Source: Clostridia bacterium (GTDB taxonomy: Bacteria > Bacillota > Clostridia > Christensenellales > UBA1242). Taken from it: a stretch of DNA of 64,000 bases. The notes beneath the pieces are model-generated. The model did not search any database, was not told where the DNA came from, and was given only the letters and a program-made list of their open reading frames with translations. The DNA lies in contig JAFWBI010000007.1 in the NCBI GenBank assembly GCA_017507215.1, positions 20,910 to 84,909 on the forward strand, in the 5' to 3' direction. Position numbers and translations under genes: made by a program. Of this stretch, positions 27,387 to 37,276 are shown piece by piece. The first letter of the stretch is position 1, and each line of letters opens with the position of its first letter.

Positions 27387-28677
27387 AATCACAAAAAGAG
27401 AAATTAAGATAAAACTTACGATTGTCTGCGTATTGCTGGCACTTGTTGTTTTGTCTTTTTTCTTTGCTGAGCATATTGAAGATTTTTTGAACCTTAATGA
27501 AACATATGCTGCAAATCAGGTTTCTGAAAGAAAAACCAAAGACTCAAAATATGAAGTGATATATCTTGATGTTGGTCAAGGCAATTCAACATTTGTGCGT
27601 TTTCCAGACGGAAAGACAATGCTTATTGATGGTGGAAACACGGTGTGTGGAACAGAGATAGTTGAGTTTTTAAAAGATAGAAATGTTGATAAAATTGATT
27701 ACATGATTGCAACGCATGCAGACTCAGACCACATTGGTGGGCTTGTAAAAGTTTTTGAAATGGTTGAAGTTAAAAATGTTTTAAGACCATTTCAGATTGC
27801 AGGCACTGGTGACAATGCAGATGAATTTGTTGCAAATGAAAGTGAAGACCTTGCAGGGGTTTATGAGTATTATCAAACGGTGACGGGCAATCGTTCAAAA
27901 ATTTCGAGAGTGACCAGTTCGGTTTATAATGAGTTTGTTGAAAGGGCATATAGTGAATATTATTTTGAAAATGGCAAAAAGATTTTCAGTTCTGTCACTG
28001 TGTTTTATGACGGATTAAAAATTTCAGGCGAAAATTATGAAATTGAATTTTTTGCGCCACTTGTTCGTGATGATGAAACAGATTTGAGTTTGATGACGGA
28101 AAGAACAGGTGGATTTGCAACTGTTGGCTATGGCGTAACTGATTCAAACAATAACTCTGCAATATTTTTGCTTTCAATTTTTGGCGAAACATTTTTCTTT
28201 TCAGGAGATGCTGCATTTTCAAGTGGTGACAAAAATGCTGAAAATTTAAGCTTTGAAGAAACTGATTTTCTTTCAAGTTTGACAAGTCTTGAGCGTGAGC
28301 ACATTTCGAATGTTTCAGTGTTTATTGCTGGGCATCACGGAAGCAAATATAGTTCAAGTGCTGCGCTTCTTAAGCTTTTAAACCCTAAGTTTGTGGTGGT
28401 TTCAGTCGGAAAGAATAATGATTATGACCACCCACATAGCGAAACGCTTGAGCGAATTTTAAAAACAGACAGGCTTGAAGAAGATTATTTGCTGCTTTCT
28501 TATAAAGCAGGGAATATTACTTTTTCAACCATAGATTCAAATTTGAAATATTCAGTTGAACTTGCTGAAAAAGATACAAGGCTAACAATTTCATGGTATG
28601 AGCTTGGAATGATTATTTTTATTTCATTAAGCTATATTGTTGTGCTTGTTAAACCAAAACAAAAAAGGCAAATTTAA
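27373..28677 (+). CDS. Metallo-beta-lactamase-fold hydrolase, ComEC C-terminal-like
   Basis: LDVGQG, THADSDHIGG, SGDA, GHHGS, YDHPH; TM at both ends. Confidence 0.85.
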   Translation: MTRNKITKREIKIKLTIVCVLLALVVLSFFFAEHIEDFLNLNETYAANQVSERKTKDSKYEVIYLDVGQGNSTFVRFPDGKTMLIDGGNTVCGTEIVEFLKDRNVDKIDYMIATHADSDHIGGLVKVFEMVEVKNVLRPFQIAGTGDNADEFVANESEDLAGVYEYYQTVTGNRSKISRVTSSVYNEFVERAYSEYYFENGKKIFSSVTVFYDGLKISGENYEIEFFAPLVRDDETDLSLMTERTGGFATVGYGVTDSNNNSAIFLLSIFGETFFFSGDAAFSSGDKNAENLSFEETDFLSSLTSLEREHISNVSVFIAGHHGSKYSSSAALLKLLNPKFVVVSVGKNNDYDHPHSETLERILKTDRLEEDYLLLSYKAGNITFSTIDSNLKYSVELAEKDTRLTISWYELGMIIFISLSYIVVLVKPKQKRQI

Positions 28678-28727
28678 TTTTATTGACATAAAATTCAAAT
28701 TTTATTATTATTAAGCTAGGAGATAGT

Positions 28728-29918
28728 ATGAGAAATTTTGACGACGAAGAATATTTTTTATTTAAAAGCTTATCAAACAGCGTGATTGCTGGGGTTTCTC
28801 CTGCGCTTGATAAACTTGCAAAACAATGTGAAAAAATCATTCTTGAAATTGAAGAAGTTGATAAAAAACTTGAAAAGGCAGAGTCTGGCGCTGAAATTAA
28901 TGAATTTTCAAAAATTTCACAAACTAAAAGAAGCGAACTTATAAGGCTTCTTGCTATTAAAAATAGAATTTCAATGCTGATAAAAAGAAATAAGGCTCGT
29001 GTTTCATATATTGAGAAAATTTTGAAGAGTGCAGGAATCTATAACGAAGCATTCGACAAAAAGAAAATTTCTGAGATTGAAAAACAAGAAGCTGAAAACA
29101 TTTCTGAAGACACGCTTAATTTAAATGTTTATGAGCAGTCTGGCGATGAACTTGAAAGCAAATTTTTTGAAGGTGAAATCATTACGCTTTTCAATGGCAA
29201 ACTTAACTTTTCGTTGCCAGAAAATAAAGATGTTTTGGCAAGGGCAGATGAAGAATATATGTCAAAAATTGTGAAGACATTTCCAGCTTCAATGTCAACT
29301 GTGACGGTTGATATGCTTGCAAACACAACGGTTAAAAAACGTGTGCTTAAAGCTATTGCGACTTATGTTATTGATGAAACCAGAAAAAAAGACATCAAAC
29401 AAGTAAACAAAGAACTTGGAAACCTTTTGGAATTTAAAACTGAAATCACAGCCACAGCTGAAGACTATGTTGCAGGTGTGACAAACATGTTCAACGTTCA
29501 AGTTAAGTCATATTTGCTTGAAAACTCGCCAGAAAAAGCAGAAGAAATCAAGGGCAAACTCAAATGCAACGAAAAGTCAGAACTTATTCCTGAATCAAAG
29601 AGAGTTGCGATTCTTGCCGGTGGTGTTGCTGGTGACATTATGCCAGAAGCAGAAGAAAGCGAAGAAATGCGTATTGCTCGTGAAAAGGAAATGCAAGAAA
29701 AGAACAGCGTTAATATGGCTGTTCAACAGGCTGAAGCCGTTGAACAAAATGAAGAAGATGATATGCTTCAAAAACTTGATGAAATTGAGCAGCTTATGAA
29801 AGAAGAAAAAGAACGCGAAAACATTGAAGAACAAAAAAAGAAAGAAAAAGCTGCACAAGAAGAATTTGAAATGGAAGAAATGCAGATGCAAATGTCTAAA
29901 AATAAATATGATGACTAG
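28728..29918 (+). CDS. Hypothetical coiled-coil protein
   Basis: 396-aa ORF with AGGAG RBS; no family recognised. Confidence 0.7.
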   Translation: MRNFDDEEYFLFKSLSNSVIAGVSPALDKLAKQCEKIILEIEEVDKKLEKAESGAEINEFSKISQTKRSELIRLLAIKNRISMLIKRNKARVSYIEKILKSAGIYNEAFDKKKISEIEKQEAENISEDTLNLNVYEQSGDELESKFFEGEIITLFNGKLNFSLPENKDVLARADEEYMSKIVKTFPASMSTVTVDMLANTTVKKRVLKAIATYVIDETRKKDIKQVNKELGNLLEFKTEITATAEDYVAGVTNMFNVQVKSYLLENSPEKAEEIKGKLKCNEKSELIPESKRVAILAGGVAGDIMPEAEESEEMRIAREKEMQEKNSVNMAVQQAEAVEQNEEDDMLQKLDEIEQLMKEEKERENIEEQKKKEKAAQEEFEMEEMQMQMSKNKYDD

Positions 29919-29929
29919 GTGAAATATTT

Positions 29930-30250
29930 ATGGAAAATGAAAAGAAATTGGCAGATTTTGAAAATGAATATTATGCCGAAATAAACAGCTATGAAGTAAC
30001 CGAAAAAGATTTGGCGTCAGTTAAGATTAGCCCTAAAATTTTAGCGTATGAAGTTTATCTTAGAAAGGCGTTTGGCGATTCGTTTGCTTCAGCTGAAGCT
30101 GTAGATGATTATAACGCTGATGCCGGCAGAAAGGTTGAGAAACTTTCAAAAGACAAACTTGACAACAGCGAACTCACAAACATTATGAATGACATCACCA
30201 CATCAGAGTTTGATGACTGTGTTGATGCGATAATCCATACAAAAAGGTAG
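29930..30250 (+). CDS. Hypothetical protein
   Basis: 106-aa ORF in operon spacing with AGGTG RBS. Confidence 0.65.
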   Translation: MENEKKLADFENEYYAEINSYEVTEKDLASVKISPKILAYEVYLRKAFGDSFASAEAVDDYNADAGRKVEKLSKDKLDNSELTNIMNDITTSEFDDCVDAIIHTKR

Positions 30251-30255
30251 ACGAA

Positions 30256-30786
30256 ATGAAACAAAACATGCTAGTTTTGAGCTATGATTATGAAAAGTCA
30301 AAACAGCTAGCTGAAAGGCTGGCTGATGCTTTTTCTATGCGTGTTTTAGATTCTGTTGACCTTTTTGAATTTGACCACATTCCATTCACATTTAAAGAAA
30401 TTTTAGAGAAAAATGGAATTGAATATGTCATGAAAAAAATGAAATCAATAATCAAGATGGAGCTTGATTTTGATGATACTGTGTTTGTTTCAAATATAAA
30501 CATGGCAGACAACTGCTTTGATTTGTTTTATAAGGTTAAGCTCAGCAATTTTGTGATACTTTTAAAGAAAAATTTGAATGACGAAATTTTTGAGCTAAAA
30601 AAGAAGGTTTATAAAACTGATGCTGAAAGAGAATTTTTCGCATCTAGCATGGCAGACTTAAAAACTAGGGAAGATTTGATTGAAAGTGACCTTGCAGACA
30701 CAGTTGTTGAAATTGATGGGCTTTCAGATGATGAAATCTTAGAGAAAATAATTGACAAAATAAAAAATTATTACTCTGTAAACTAA
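30256..30786 (+). CDS. Shikimate/NMP-kinase-like protein lacking the P-loop
   Basis: SKQLAERLADAFSMRVLDSVDLFE and ADTVVEIDGLSDDEILEKI resemble AroK; no GxxGxGKS. Confidence 0.5.
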   Translation: MKQNMLVLSYDYEKSKQLAERLADAFSMRVLDSVDLFEFDHIPFTFKEILEKNGIEYVMKKMKSIIKMELDFDDTVFVSNINMADNCFDLFYKVKLSNFVILLKKNLNDEIFELKKKVYKTDAEREFFASSMADLKTREDLIESDLADTVVEIDGLSDDEILEKIIDKIKNYYSVN

Positions 30787-30903
30787 ATTGCAGGCAAAAT
30801 TCAAAAATTGTCTAAATTTTACAAATAAAAACAGCTGGTTCAATTTATTTTGAGAGCAGCTGTGATGTGTAGTATAATCAAAGTGTGATAAGGAGGGCTG
30901 ACT

Positions 30904-31128
30904 ATGGCAAAACTTTATGACGCTGATTATATTATCAGAAAAAACAATGAATATGAAGAACAAAGAATTTACAATAGCCCTGCTGAGCTAAAACTCAGAC
31001 AAATGATTGCAGAAGCAACAAGACTTTGCGAAATTCAAAACGAAAAGTGCAGAGCACAAAAAGCAAAGCTTGAAGCGAGAAAACTTGAAAGGCAAGCTGC
31101 TGCAGTTGCTGCAATGGGCATGGAATAA
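30904..31128 (+). CDS. Hypothetical small protein
   Basis: 74 aa, AAGGAGG RBS, TATAAT upstream. Confidence 0.65.
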   Translation: MAKLYDADYIIRKNNEYEEQRIYNSPAELKLRQMIAEATRLCEIQNEKCRAQKAKLEARKLERQAAAVAAMGME

Positions 31129-31136
31129 GGAGAATT

Positions 31137-31721
31137 ATGGAAGACGCAAAATGGGTTGTTGATATTTTCACATTTATCGGTGTTTCAGTGAGCATTATTG
31201 TAACACTTATCGCTATCGTTTGGCTCACTTGCTTTTTTGTGAAGCTTTTGGTTAAAACTTTTGGCGTGAGAGTGGGCAAGTCTTATGAAATTATGATTGA
31301 AGACATCAACAAAAAAGCTGCTGCAAAACAAGAAAGAAAGGAACTTGCAAGACAAGAAAAATTTGCTCAAAAGATGGAACTTTTGAACATGAAGCTTGAA
31401 AGCAGAGCTCGCATTCACGAAATGAAGAAAACTAAACTTGAAGGCACTTTAGACGCAAAAGAAGCTGAAGCAAAAGTTAAGCTTTTTGGCGAAGATGCTC
31501 CAAACTATGTTGCAAAACCAAAGGCAAAAACTGAGCCAAAGAAAGAAATAAAGGTTGAAGAAAAGAAAGAAATTGCAGAAGAAAAGGAGAGCGAAGAAGT
31601 GTTTGAAAATATCGCAGATGTTGCAGAAATTGTTGATGGTGACGTAAACACTATTGATGCTGTGAAACCAGAAGAAACAGAGAAACAAGAAACAAAAAAG
31701 AAAACATCTAAAAAGAAATAA
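31137..31721 (+). CDS. Hypothetical membrane protein
   Basis: N-terminal TM, charged tail, AAGGAG RBS. Confidence 0.7.
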   Translation: MEDAKWVVDIFTFIGVSVSIIVTLIAIVWLTCFFVKLLVKTFGVRVGKSYEIMIEDINKKAAAKQERKELARQEKFAQKMELLNMKLESRARIHEMKKTKLEGTLDAKEAEAKVKLFGEDAPNYVAKPKAKTEPKKEIKVEEKKEIAEEKESEEVFENIADVAEIVDGDVNTIDAVKPEETEKQETKKKTSKKK

Positions 31722-31797
31722 ATCAAAGCAAAACACCACCAAACCGGTGGTGTTTTTTATTTTGCAGATTGACAATGAGATTGAAAAAGTGAGCAAT

Positions 31798-31828
31798 AAA
31801 AAAGAGAGTTTTGAAACTCTCTTTTTTT
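31798..31828 (-). terminator. Terminator of the PFOR gene
   Basis: AAAAAAGAGAGTTT-loop-AAACTCTCTTTTTT. Confidence 0.75.
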
Positions 31829-31833
31829 GTTTA

Positions 31834-34800
31834 TTATTGTTTGTTTGCGTCTTCTGCAAGGTTTTCGATAACTTCTTTTGCGTGTTCTTTTGCTCCAGAG
31901 ATGAGTCTGCTTGATTCTTCTGGGTTGGTTTTTGCAAGGGTGAAGTATCTTGCTTGAGTTTTTGTGAACTCTTCATATTCTTTGCTTGGAAGTTTTGCAT
32001 CAAATGTGAGTTTTTCGGTCGTTGGGTTATATCTATAGATTGGCCAGTAACCAGTTTCAACTGCAAGTTTTTCTTGTTGTTGAGTGTGACTCATGTCGCC
32101 ACCGTGGTTGATGCAAGGGCAGTAAGCAATGATGATTGATGGACCTTTGTTTTCTTTTGCTTCTTTAAATGCTGTGATTGTTGCTTGTGGGTTTGCGCCC
32201 ATTGCAACTTGAGCAACATAAACATTTGGATATTGACGAGCAATAGCGCCAAGGTTCTTCTTTTGTGTTTGCTTTCCACCAGCTGCAAATTTTGCAACTG
32301 AGCCCATTGGGGTTGCTTTTGATGCTTGACCACCAGTGTTTGAGTAAACTTCAGTGTCGAGAACCAAAATGTTAACGTCTTCGCCAGAAGCAAGAACGTG
32401 GTCTAAACCACCATAGCCAATATCGTAAGCCCAACCGTCGCCACCAATAATCCAAACAGATGTTTCGAAAAGGGCAGCAGTGTAGCCATAAAGTGCACGA
32501 GTGATTTCGTTTGACTTGTCTGCGTTATACATAGCGATAATGTCATTTTTGATTGAAAGTGCAAGAGCTTGTTCTTTTGTTTCTTGACTAAGCCATGTCG
32601 CAAGCTTGTCTGTGAAAGCTTTGTTATAAGCTTTGCTTTCGATTGCTTGTTTAACGGTTTCTTCAAGATGTTTTCTGTTGTTTGAAACAGCTTTCTTCAT
32701 GCCTAAGCCGAATTCAGCGTTGTCTTCAAACAAGCTGTTTGACCAAGCTGGACCAAATCCTGTTTTTGATTTTGTGTATGGGCAGGTTGGAGCTGTGCCT
32801 GAATAGATGCTTGAGCAACCAGTTGCGTTTGCAACAATCATTTCTTCGCCGAAGAGTTGAGTTAAAAGTTTAACATATGGTGTTTCGCCGCAACCAGCAC
32901 AAGCACCAGAGAATTCGAAGAGTGGTTTTTCAAATTGGCTTCCTTTAACGGTTTCTTTCTTGAAGATTGTCTTCACGTTTTCAACGTCTTTAAGTTTGTC
33001 ATAAAGCTTAACTTCTTCGTCGATGATGTCTTCTGCTTTAACCATTTCAAGAGCTTTGTTGAGTGCTGGGCAAGAGTGAACACAGTTTTCACAGCCTGTG
33101 CAATCTTTTGGTGAAATTTGAATCTTGAATGAATATCCAGGAACACCGATTGCAGGAATTGCACCAACTTCTTTTGCAAGGTCGCTGTCAGTTGGAACAA
33201 GATATGGTCTGATTACTGCATGTGGACAAACAAGTGCACATTGGTTACATTGAACGCAGTTTTCTTTAATCCATTTTGGAAGCATTGTTGCAATGTTTCT
33301 CTTTTCATACTGTGAAGTTGCTGTGTGTGATGAGCCTGTCACATCGAATGCAGAAACTGGAAGGTTGTCGCCAAGTTTGAGTTCGATTGGGCGAATGTAA
33401 TCTTTATAATATGGGTCGGTGATTGGGTTGAATGCTGGTTCGCTTGTTGCCTTGCTCCAAGAAGCAGGGTATTTAACTTCACGAAGGTTTGCAAGTGAAC
33501 GGTCGATTGCGTCGATGTTCATTTGAACAACTTTTTCACCCTTAGAAGCGTAAGTTTTTGCAGCTGCGTCTTTGATGTGGGCGATTGCTGTTTTAACGTC
33601 AAGCACGCCAGCAAGTGCGAAGAACGCAGTTTGCATAACAACGTTGATACGTCTGTTTAAGCCAACTTCTTCTGCAACTTTTTCTGCGTCGATTGTGAAG
33701 AATTTGAGTTTTTTGTCTGCAATAAATTTCTTCATTGAAGCAGGAAGTTCTTTTTCCATTTCTTCGTCAGTCCATGGCGAGTTCAAAAGGAAGGTGCCAC
33801 CAAGTTTGATTTGACTGAGCATGTCATATTTTGTTACATAGCTTTTATTGTGGCAAGCAACAAAGTCTGGGCTTTGAGTGAGATATGGCGCATTGATTGG
33901 CTTTTTGCTCATTCTAAGGTGACTTGTGGTGAGTCCACCAGATTTTTTACTGTCATAAACGAAGTATGCTTGACCGAAGAAACCTGCGTATTCGCTGATG
34001 ATTTTAATGCTGTTTTTGTTTGCTGAAACAGTTCCGTCAGAGCCAAGTCCGTAGAATCTGCATTCAACAGCTTCTTTATCTTTGAAATCAATTTTTTGTT
34101 TGCAGTCTGGAAGAGAAGTGAATGTCACGTCATCATTGATGCCAACAGTGAAGTGATTTTTTGGCTTCTTTTCAAGCATGTTTTCATAAACTGCAACAAC
34201 GTGGTTGTGTGTGTATTCTTTGCAAGAAAGACCATATCTTCCACCAAGAACACGAATGCCAGAAATTCCAGCATCGTTTAATGCTGCAATAACATCTTCT
34301 GCAAGTGGTTCATAAGTTGCACCACATTCTTTTGTTCTGTCGAGAACGGTAATCATCTTTGTTGTTTTTGGAAGTGCTTTCACAAATCTTGCAACATCAA
34401 ATGGGCGATAGAGTCTAACTTTAATCACGCCGACTTTTGCACCAGTTTTTGCAAGTGCTGAAACTGCTTGAATTGTGGTGTCTGCACCAGAACCCATAAT
34501 AACGATTACGTTTTCAGCGTCTTTTGCACCATAGTATTCAAAGATGCCATATTTTCTGCCAGTTGCTTCACCAATATCTTTAAGCACACCGTCAACAATT
34601 CCAGGAATTGCATCAATATATTTGTTGCAAGCTTCTCTGTTTTGGAAGAAGATGTCTTCGCCTTGGTTTGTGCCTTTTTGAATTGGGTTTGAAGGTGTGA
34701 ACTCGTTTGTTCTTTCATAAATATTGCCATATTTTTCAGCAAGTGCTTTCACAACTGCATCATCGATTGCTGTGATTGTGTTTACTTCGTGAGAAGTTCT

Positions 34801-35325
34801 AAAGCCATCAAAGAAGTGAACAAATGGAATTCTTGATGCGTTTGTTGCAAGGTGAGCTGCAAGTGACATGTCTTGAGCTTCTTGAACGCTTGAAGATGCA
34901 AGCATTGCAAAGCCTGTTTGACGAACACCCATAACGTCGCTGTGGTCACCGAAGATTGAAAGTGCGTGGGTTGCGATTGTTCTTGCTGCAACGTGAATTA
35001 CGCAAGGGAGCATTTCGCCTGCAATTTTATACATATTTGGAATCATAAGGAGCAAACCTTGTGATGATGTGAATGTTGTTGACTTAGAGCCAGCAGTAAG
35101 AGCTCCGTGAAGCGCACCTGCTGCACCAGCTTCTGATTGCATTTCTGTTACTTCAACAACCTTTCCATAAATATTCTTTTTGCCTTTAACGCCCCAAGCG
35201 TCAATGTTTTCAGCCATTGGTGATGATGGGGTGATTGGGTATATGAACGCTGTGTCAGAGAGCATATACGCCATACTAGCCGCGGCTGTGTTGCCGTCTA
35301 TGGTAATACGTTTTTCATTACTCAT
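31834..35325 (-). CDS. nifJ: Pyruvate:ferredoxin (flavodoxin) oxidoreductase
   Basis: YPITPSS, MQSEAGAAG, two CxxCxxCxxxCP, GACAGCGE, GGDGWAYDIG. Confidence 0.97.
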   Translation of the reverse strand: MSNEKRITIDGNTAAASMAYMLSDTAFIYPITPSSPMAENIDAWGVKGKKNIYGKVVEVTEMQSEAGAAGALHGALTAGSKSTTFTSSQGLLLMIPNMYKIAGEMLPCVIHVAARTIATHALSIFGDHSDVMGVRQTGFAMLASSSVQEAQDMSLAAHLATNASRIPFVHFFDGFRTSHEVNTITAIDDAVVKALAEKYGNIYERTNEFTPSNPIQKGTNQGEDIFFQNREACNKYIDAIPGIVDGVLKDIGEATGRKYGIFEYYGAKDAENVIVIMGSGADTTIQAVSALAKTGAKVGVIKVRLYRPFDVARFVKALPKTTKMITVLDRTKECGATYEPLAEDVIAALNDAGISGIRVLGGRYGLSCKEYTHNHVVAVYENMLEKKPKNHFTVGINDDVTFTSLPDCKQKIDFKDKEAVECRFYGLGSDGTVSANKNSIKIISEYAGFFGQAYFVYDSKKSGGLTTSHLRMSKKPINAPYLTQSPDFVACHNKSYVTKYDMLSQIKLGGTFLLNSPWTDEEMEKELPASMKKFIADKKLKFFTIDAEKVAEEVGLNRRINVVMQTAFFALAGVLDVKTAIAHIKDAAAKTYASKGEKVVQMNIDAIDRSLANLREVKYPASWSKATSEPAFNPITDPYYKDYIRPIELKLGDNLPVSAFDVTGSSHTATSQYEKRNIATMLPKWIKENCVQCNQCALVCPHAVIRPYLVPTDSDLAKEVGAIPAIGVPGYSFKIQISPKDCTGCENCVHSCPALNKALEMVKAEDIIDEEVKLYDKLKDVENVKTIFKKETVKGSQFEKPLFEFSGACAGCGETPYVKLLTQLFGEEMIVANATGCSSIYSGTAPTCPYTKSKTGFGPAWSNSLFEDNAEFGLGMKKAVSNNRKHLEETVKQAIESKAYNKAFTDKLATWLSQETKEQALALSIKNDIIAMYNADKSNEITRALYGYTAALFETSVWIIGGDGWAYDIGYGGLDHVLASGEDVNILVLDTEVYSNTGGQASKATPMGSVAKFAAGGKQTQKKNLGAIARQYPNVYVAQVAMGANPQATITAFKEAKENKGPSIIIAYCPCINHGGDMSHTQQQEKLAVETGYWPIYRYNPTTEKLTFDAKLPSKEYEEFTKTQARYFTLAKTNPEESSRLISGAKEHAKEVIENLAEDANKQ

Positions 35326-35497
35326 AATTTTTATTCTCCATATTAATTTATTATGTTATCGCCAAGAAAACTGGCATTCACATAACACAATTAAATTATA
35401 AAATATTAATTTTATTAAAGTCAAACAACGTAAGCAGTATTTTAAAATTTGGTTATTTGTGATTGAATAATTATTGGCTTTATGCTATTATTTATTC

Positions 35498-36241
35498 ATG
35501 GAAAGATTTAAACTTGTTGTTCAATATGACGGAACAGAATTTTCGGGCTTTCAAATTCAGCCAGAAAAGAGAACCATTCAAGGAGAACTTGAGAGAGTTC
35601 TTGCGTTTTTGGTGGGCGAAAAAGTGAGAATTTATGCAAGTGGAAGAACCGACACAGGGGTTTCTGCTTTTGCGCAGGTTTGTCATTTTGACACCGAAAA
35701 AGAAATTGATGCAAAAAAACTTGAAGTGAGCCTTAATGGGCTTCTTCCAGATGATGTTGCAGTTTTAAGTGTTGAAAAGGTTAGCATGGATTTTGATTCG
35801 AGATTCACAGCAAAAAAGAAAACTTATCAGTTTAGGTTTTATGTTTCAAGATATGAGCTTCCACTTTTAGAACGCTCAGCTGTTCGAATCAATGATTATG
35901 CAGATGTGAAAATGATGAATGAAGCTTGCAAATTTTTGATTGGAACATATGACTTTTCATCATTCGTTGCTGCAAAGTCTGGAAAGACCGATTTTGTCAG
36001 AACCATTTATGACGCAAAAATTGTTGAAATTGGTGACGGCATCTTTGCTTTTGAAGTGACAGGAAATGGCTTTTTATATAATATGGTTCGAATCATTTTT
36101 GGAACACTTTTAAAGGTGGCTTATGGCAAAATGAAACCAGAAGAAATGAAAGCTGTAATCGAAGCAAAAGACCGAAAAAAAGCAGGAAAAACCATGCCAG
36201 CGAAGGGGTTGCTTATGAAAAGCGTTGTTTATGATGACTAA
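35498..36241 (+). CDS. truA: tRNA pseudouridine(38-40) synthase
   Basis: YDGTEFSGFQ, SGRTDTGV, GNGFLYNMVR. Confidence 0.95.
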   Translation: MERFKLVVQYDGTEFSGFQIQPEKRTIQGELERVLAFLVGEKVRIYASGRTDTGVSAFAQVCHFDTEKEIDAKKLEVSLNGLLPDDVAVLSVEKVSMDFDSRFTAKKKTYQFRFYVSRYELPLLERSAVRINDYADVKMMNEACKFLIGTYDFSSFVAAKSGKTDFVRTIYDAKIVEIGDGIFAFEVTGNGFLYNMVRIIFGTLLKVAYGKMKPEEMKAVIEAKDRKKAGKTMPAKGLLMKSVVYDD

Positions 36242-36318
36242 TTTTTGCATTTTCTTAAAAGAAAAGTTGGAAAATTATTGACAACTTGATTTAAATGATA
36301 TAAAATAGACGAGCATAG

Positions 36319-36346
36319 GACTATGGACTTTTATGTATTCATAGTC
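36319..36346 (+). promoter_or_regulatory. Hairpin in rplM leader, possible L13 autoregulatory element
   Basis: GACTATGGA...TTCATAGTC stem between the promoter and the rplM start. Confidence 0.4.
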
Positions 36347-36386
36347 GTAATTTCGCAAAAAATATAAAAAAAGAAAGGTAAAAATT

Positions 36387-36827
36387 ATGAAAACATTTAT
36401 GCAAACTGCTGAGATTAAGTCTCAAAAATGGTATTTAGTTGATGCAACTAACATGCCACTTGGCCGTTTGGCTAGCCAAGTTGCTGCAATTCTTCGTGGC
36501 AAGAATAAGCCAGAATTCACACCAAACGAACTTTGTGGTGATCACGTTATCATCATCAACACAGACAAGGTCGTTTTAACTGGTAACAAACTTGAAGATA
36601 AGTATTATCGTTACCACACAGGCTACATCGGTGGTCTTAAAGAAATCCAATATAAAACTTTAATGAGCGAAAATTCAGACAAAGCTGTTTATCAAGCAGT
36701 TAAGAAAATGCTTCCAAAGAACGCTCTTGGAAGACAAATGCTCACATATTTGAGAGTTTACAAAGATGACAAACATGAACAAACTGCTCAAAAACCAGAA
36801 GTTTTAAATCTTGAAGGTAGAAGGTAA
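36387..36827 (+). CDS. rplM: 50S ribosomal protein L13
   Basis: [28 protein letters not shown]. Confidence 0.98.
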   Translation: MKTFMQTAEIKSQKWYLVDATNMPLGRLASQVAAILRGKNKPEFTPNELCGDHVIIINTDKVVLTGNKLEDKYYRYHTGYIGGLKEIQYKTLMSENSDKAVYQAVKKMLPKNALGRQMLTYLRVYKDDKHEQTAQKPEVLNLEGRR

Positions 36828-36832
36828 TAGAT

Positions 36833-37240
36833 ATGGCAAAGAAAACAGCAAAAGTAGAAAAAATCTGGGCAACCGGTAGAAGAAAAAAAGCTATTGCTAG
36901 AGCAAGAATTTGCGCTGGTAAAGGAACAATCGTTGTTAACAAACAACCAATCGAAGAATATTTCAAATCTGAACTTCTTCAAAACGAAGTTAAAACAGCT
37001 CTCACACTTGTTGAAGCTGCTGACAAATATGACGTTGAAATCACTGTAACAGGTGGTGGACTTTCAGGACAAGCTGGTGCTTGCCGTCATGGTATCGCAA
37101 GAGCACTCGTTCTTGCAAACGAAACTTTCAAAAAGACAATCAAATCTGCAGGTCTCTTAACTCGTGACCCAAGAATGAAAGAAAGAAAGAAATATGGTCT
37201 TAAGAAAGCTCGTAAAGCTCCACAATTCTCAAAGAGATAA
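36833..37240 (+). CDS. rpsI: 30S ribosomal protein S9
   Basis: [31 protein letters not shown]. Confidence 0.98.
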   Translation: MAKKTAKVEKIWATGRRKKAIARARICAGKGTIVVNKQPIEEYFKSELLQNEVKTALTLVEAADKYDVEITVTGGGLSGQAGACRHGIARALVLANETFKKTIKSAGLLTRDPRMKERKKYGLKKARKAPQFSKR

Positions 37241-37276
37241 TTTTGGATTTACAATTACAAGCAGGGCGTTTTGCTC

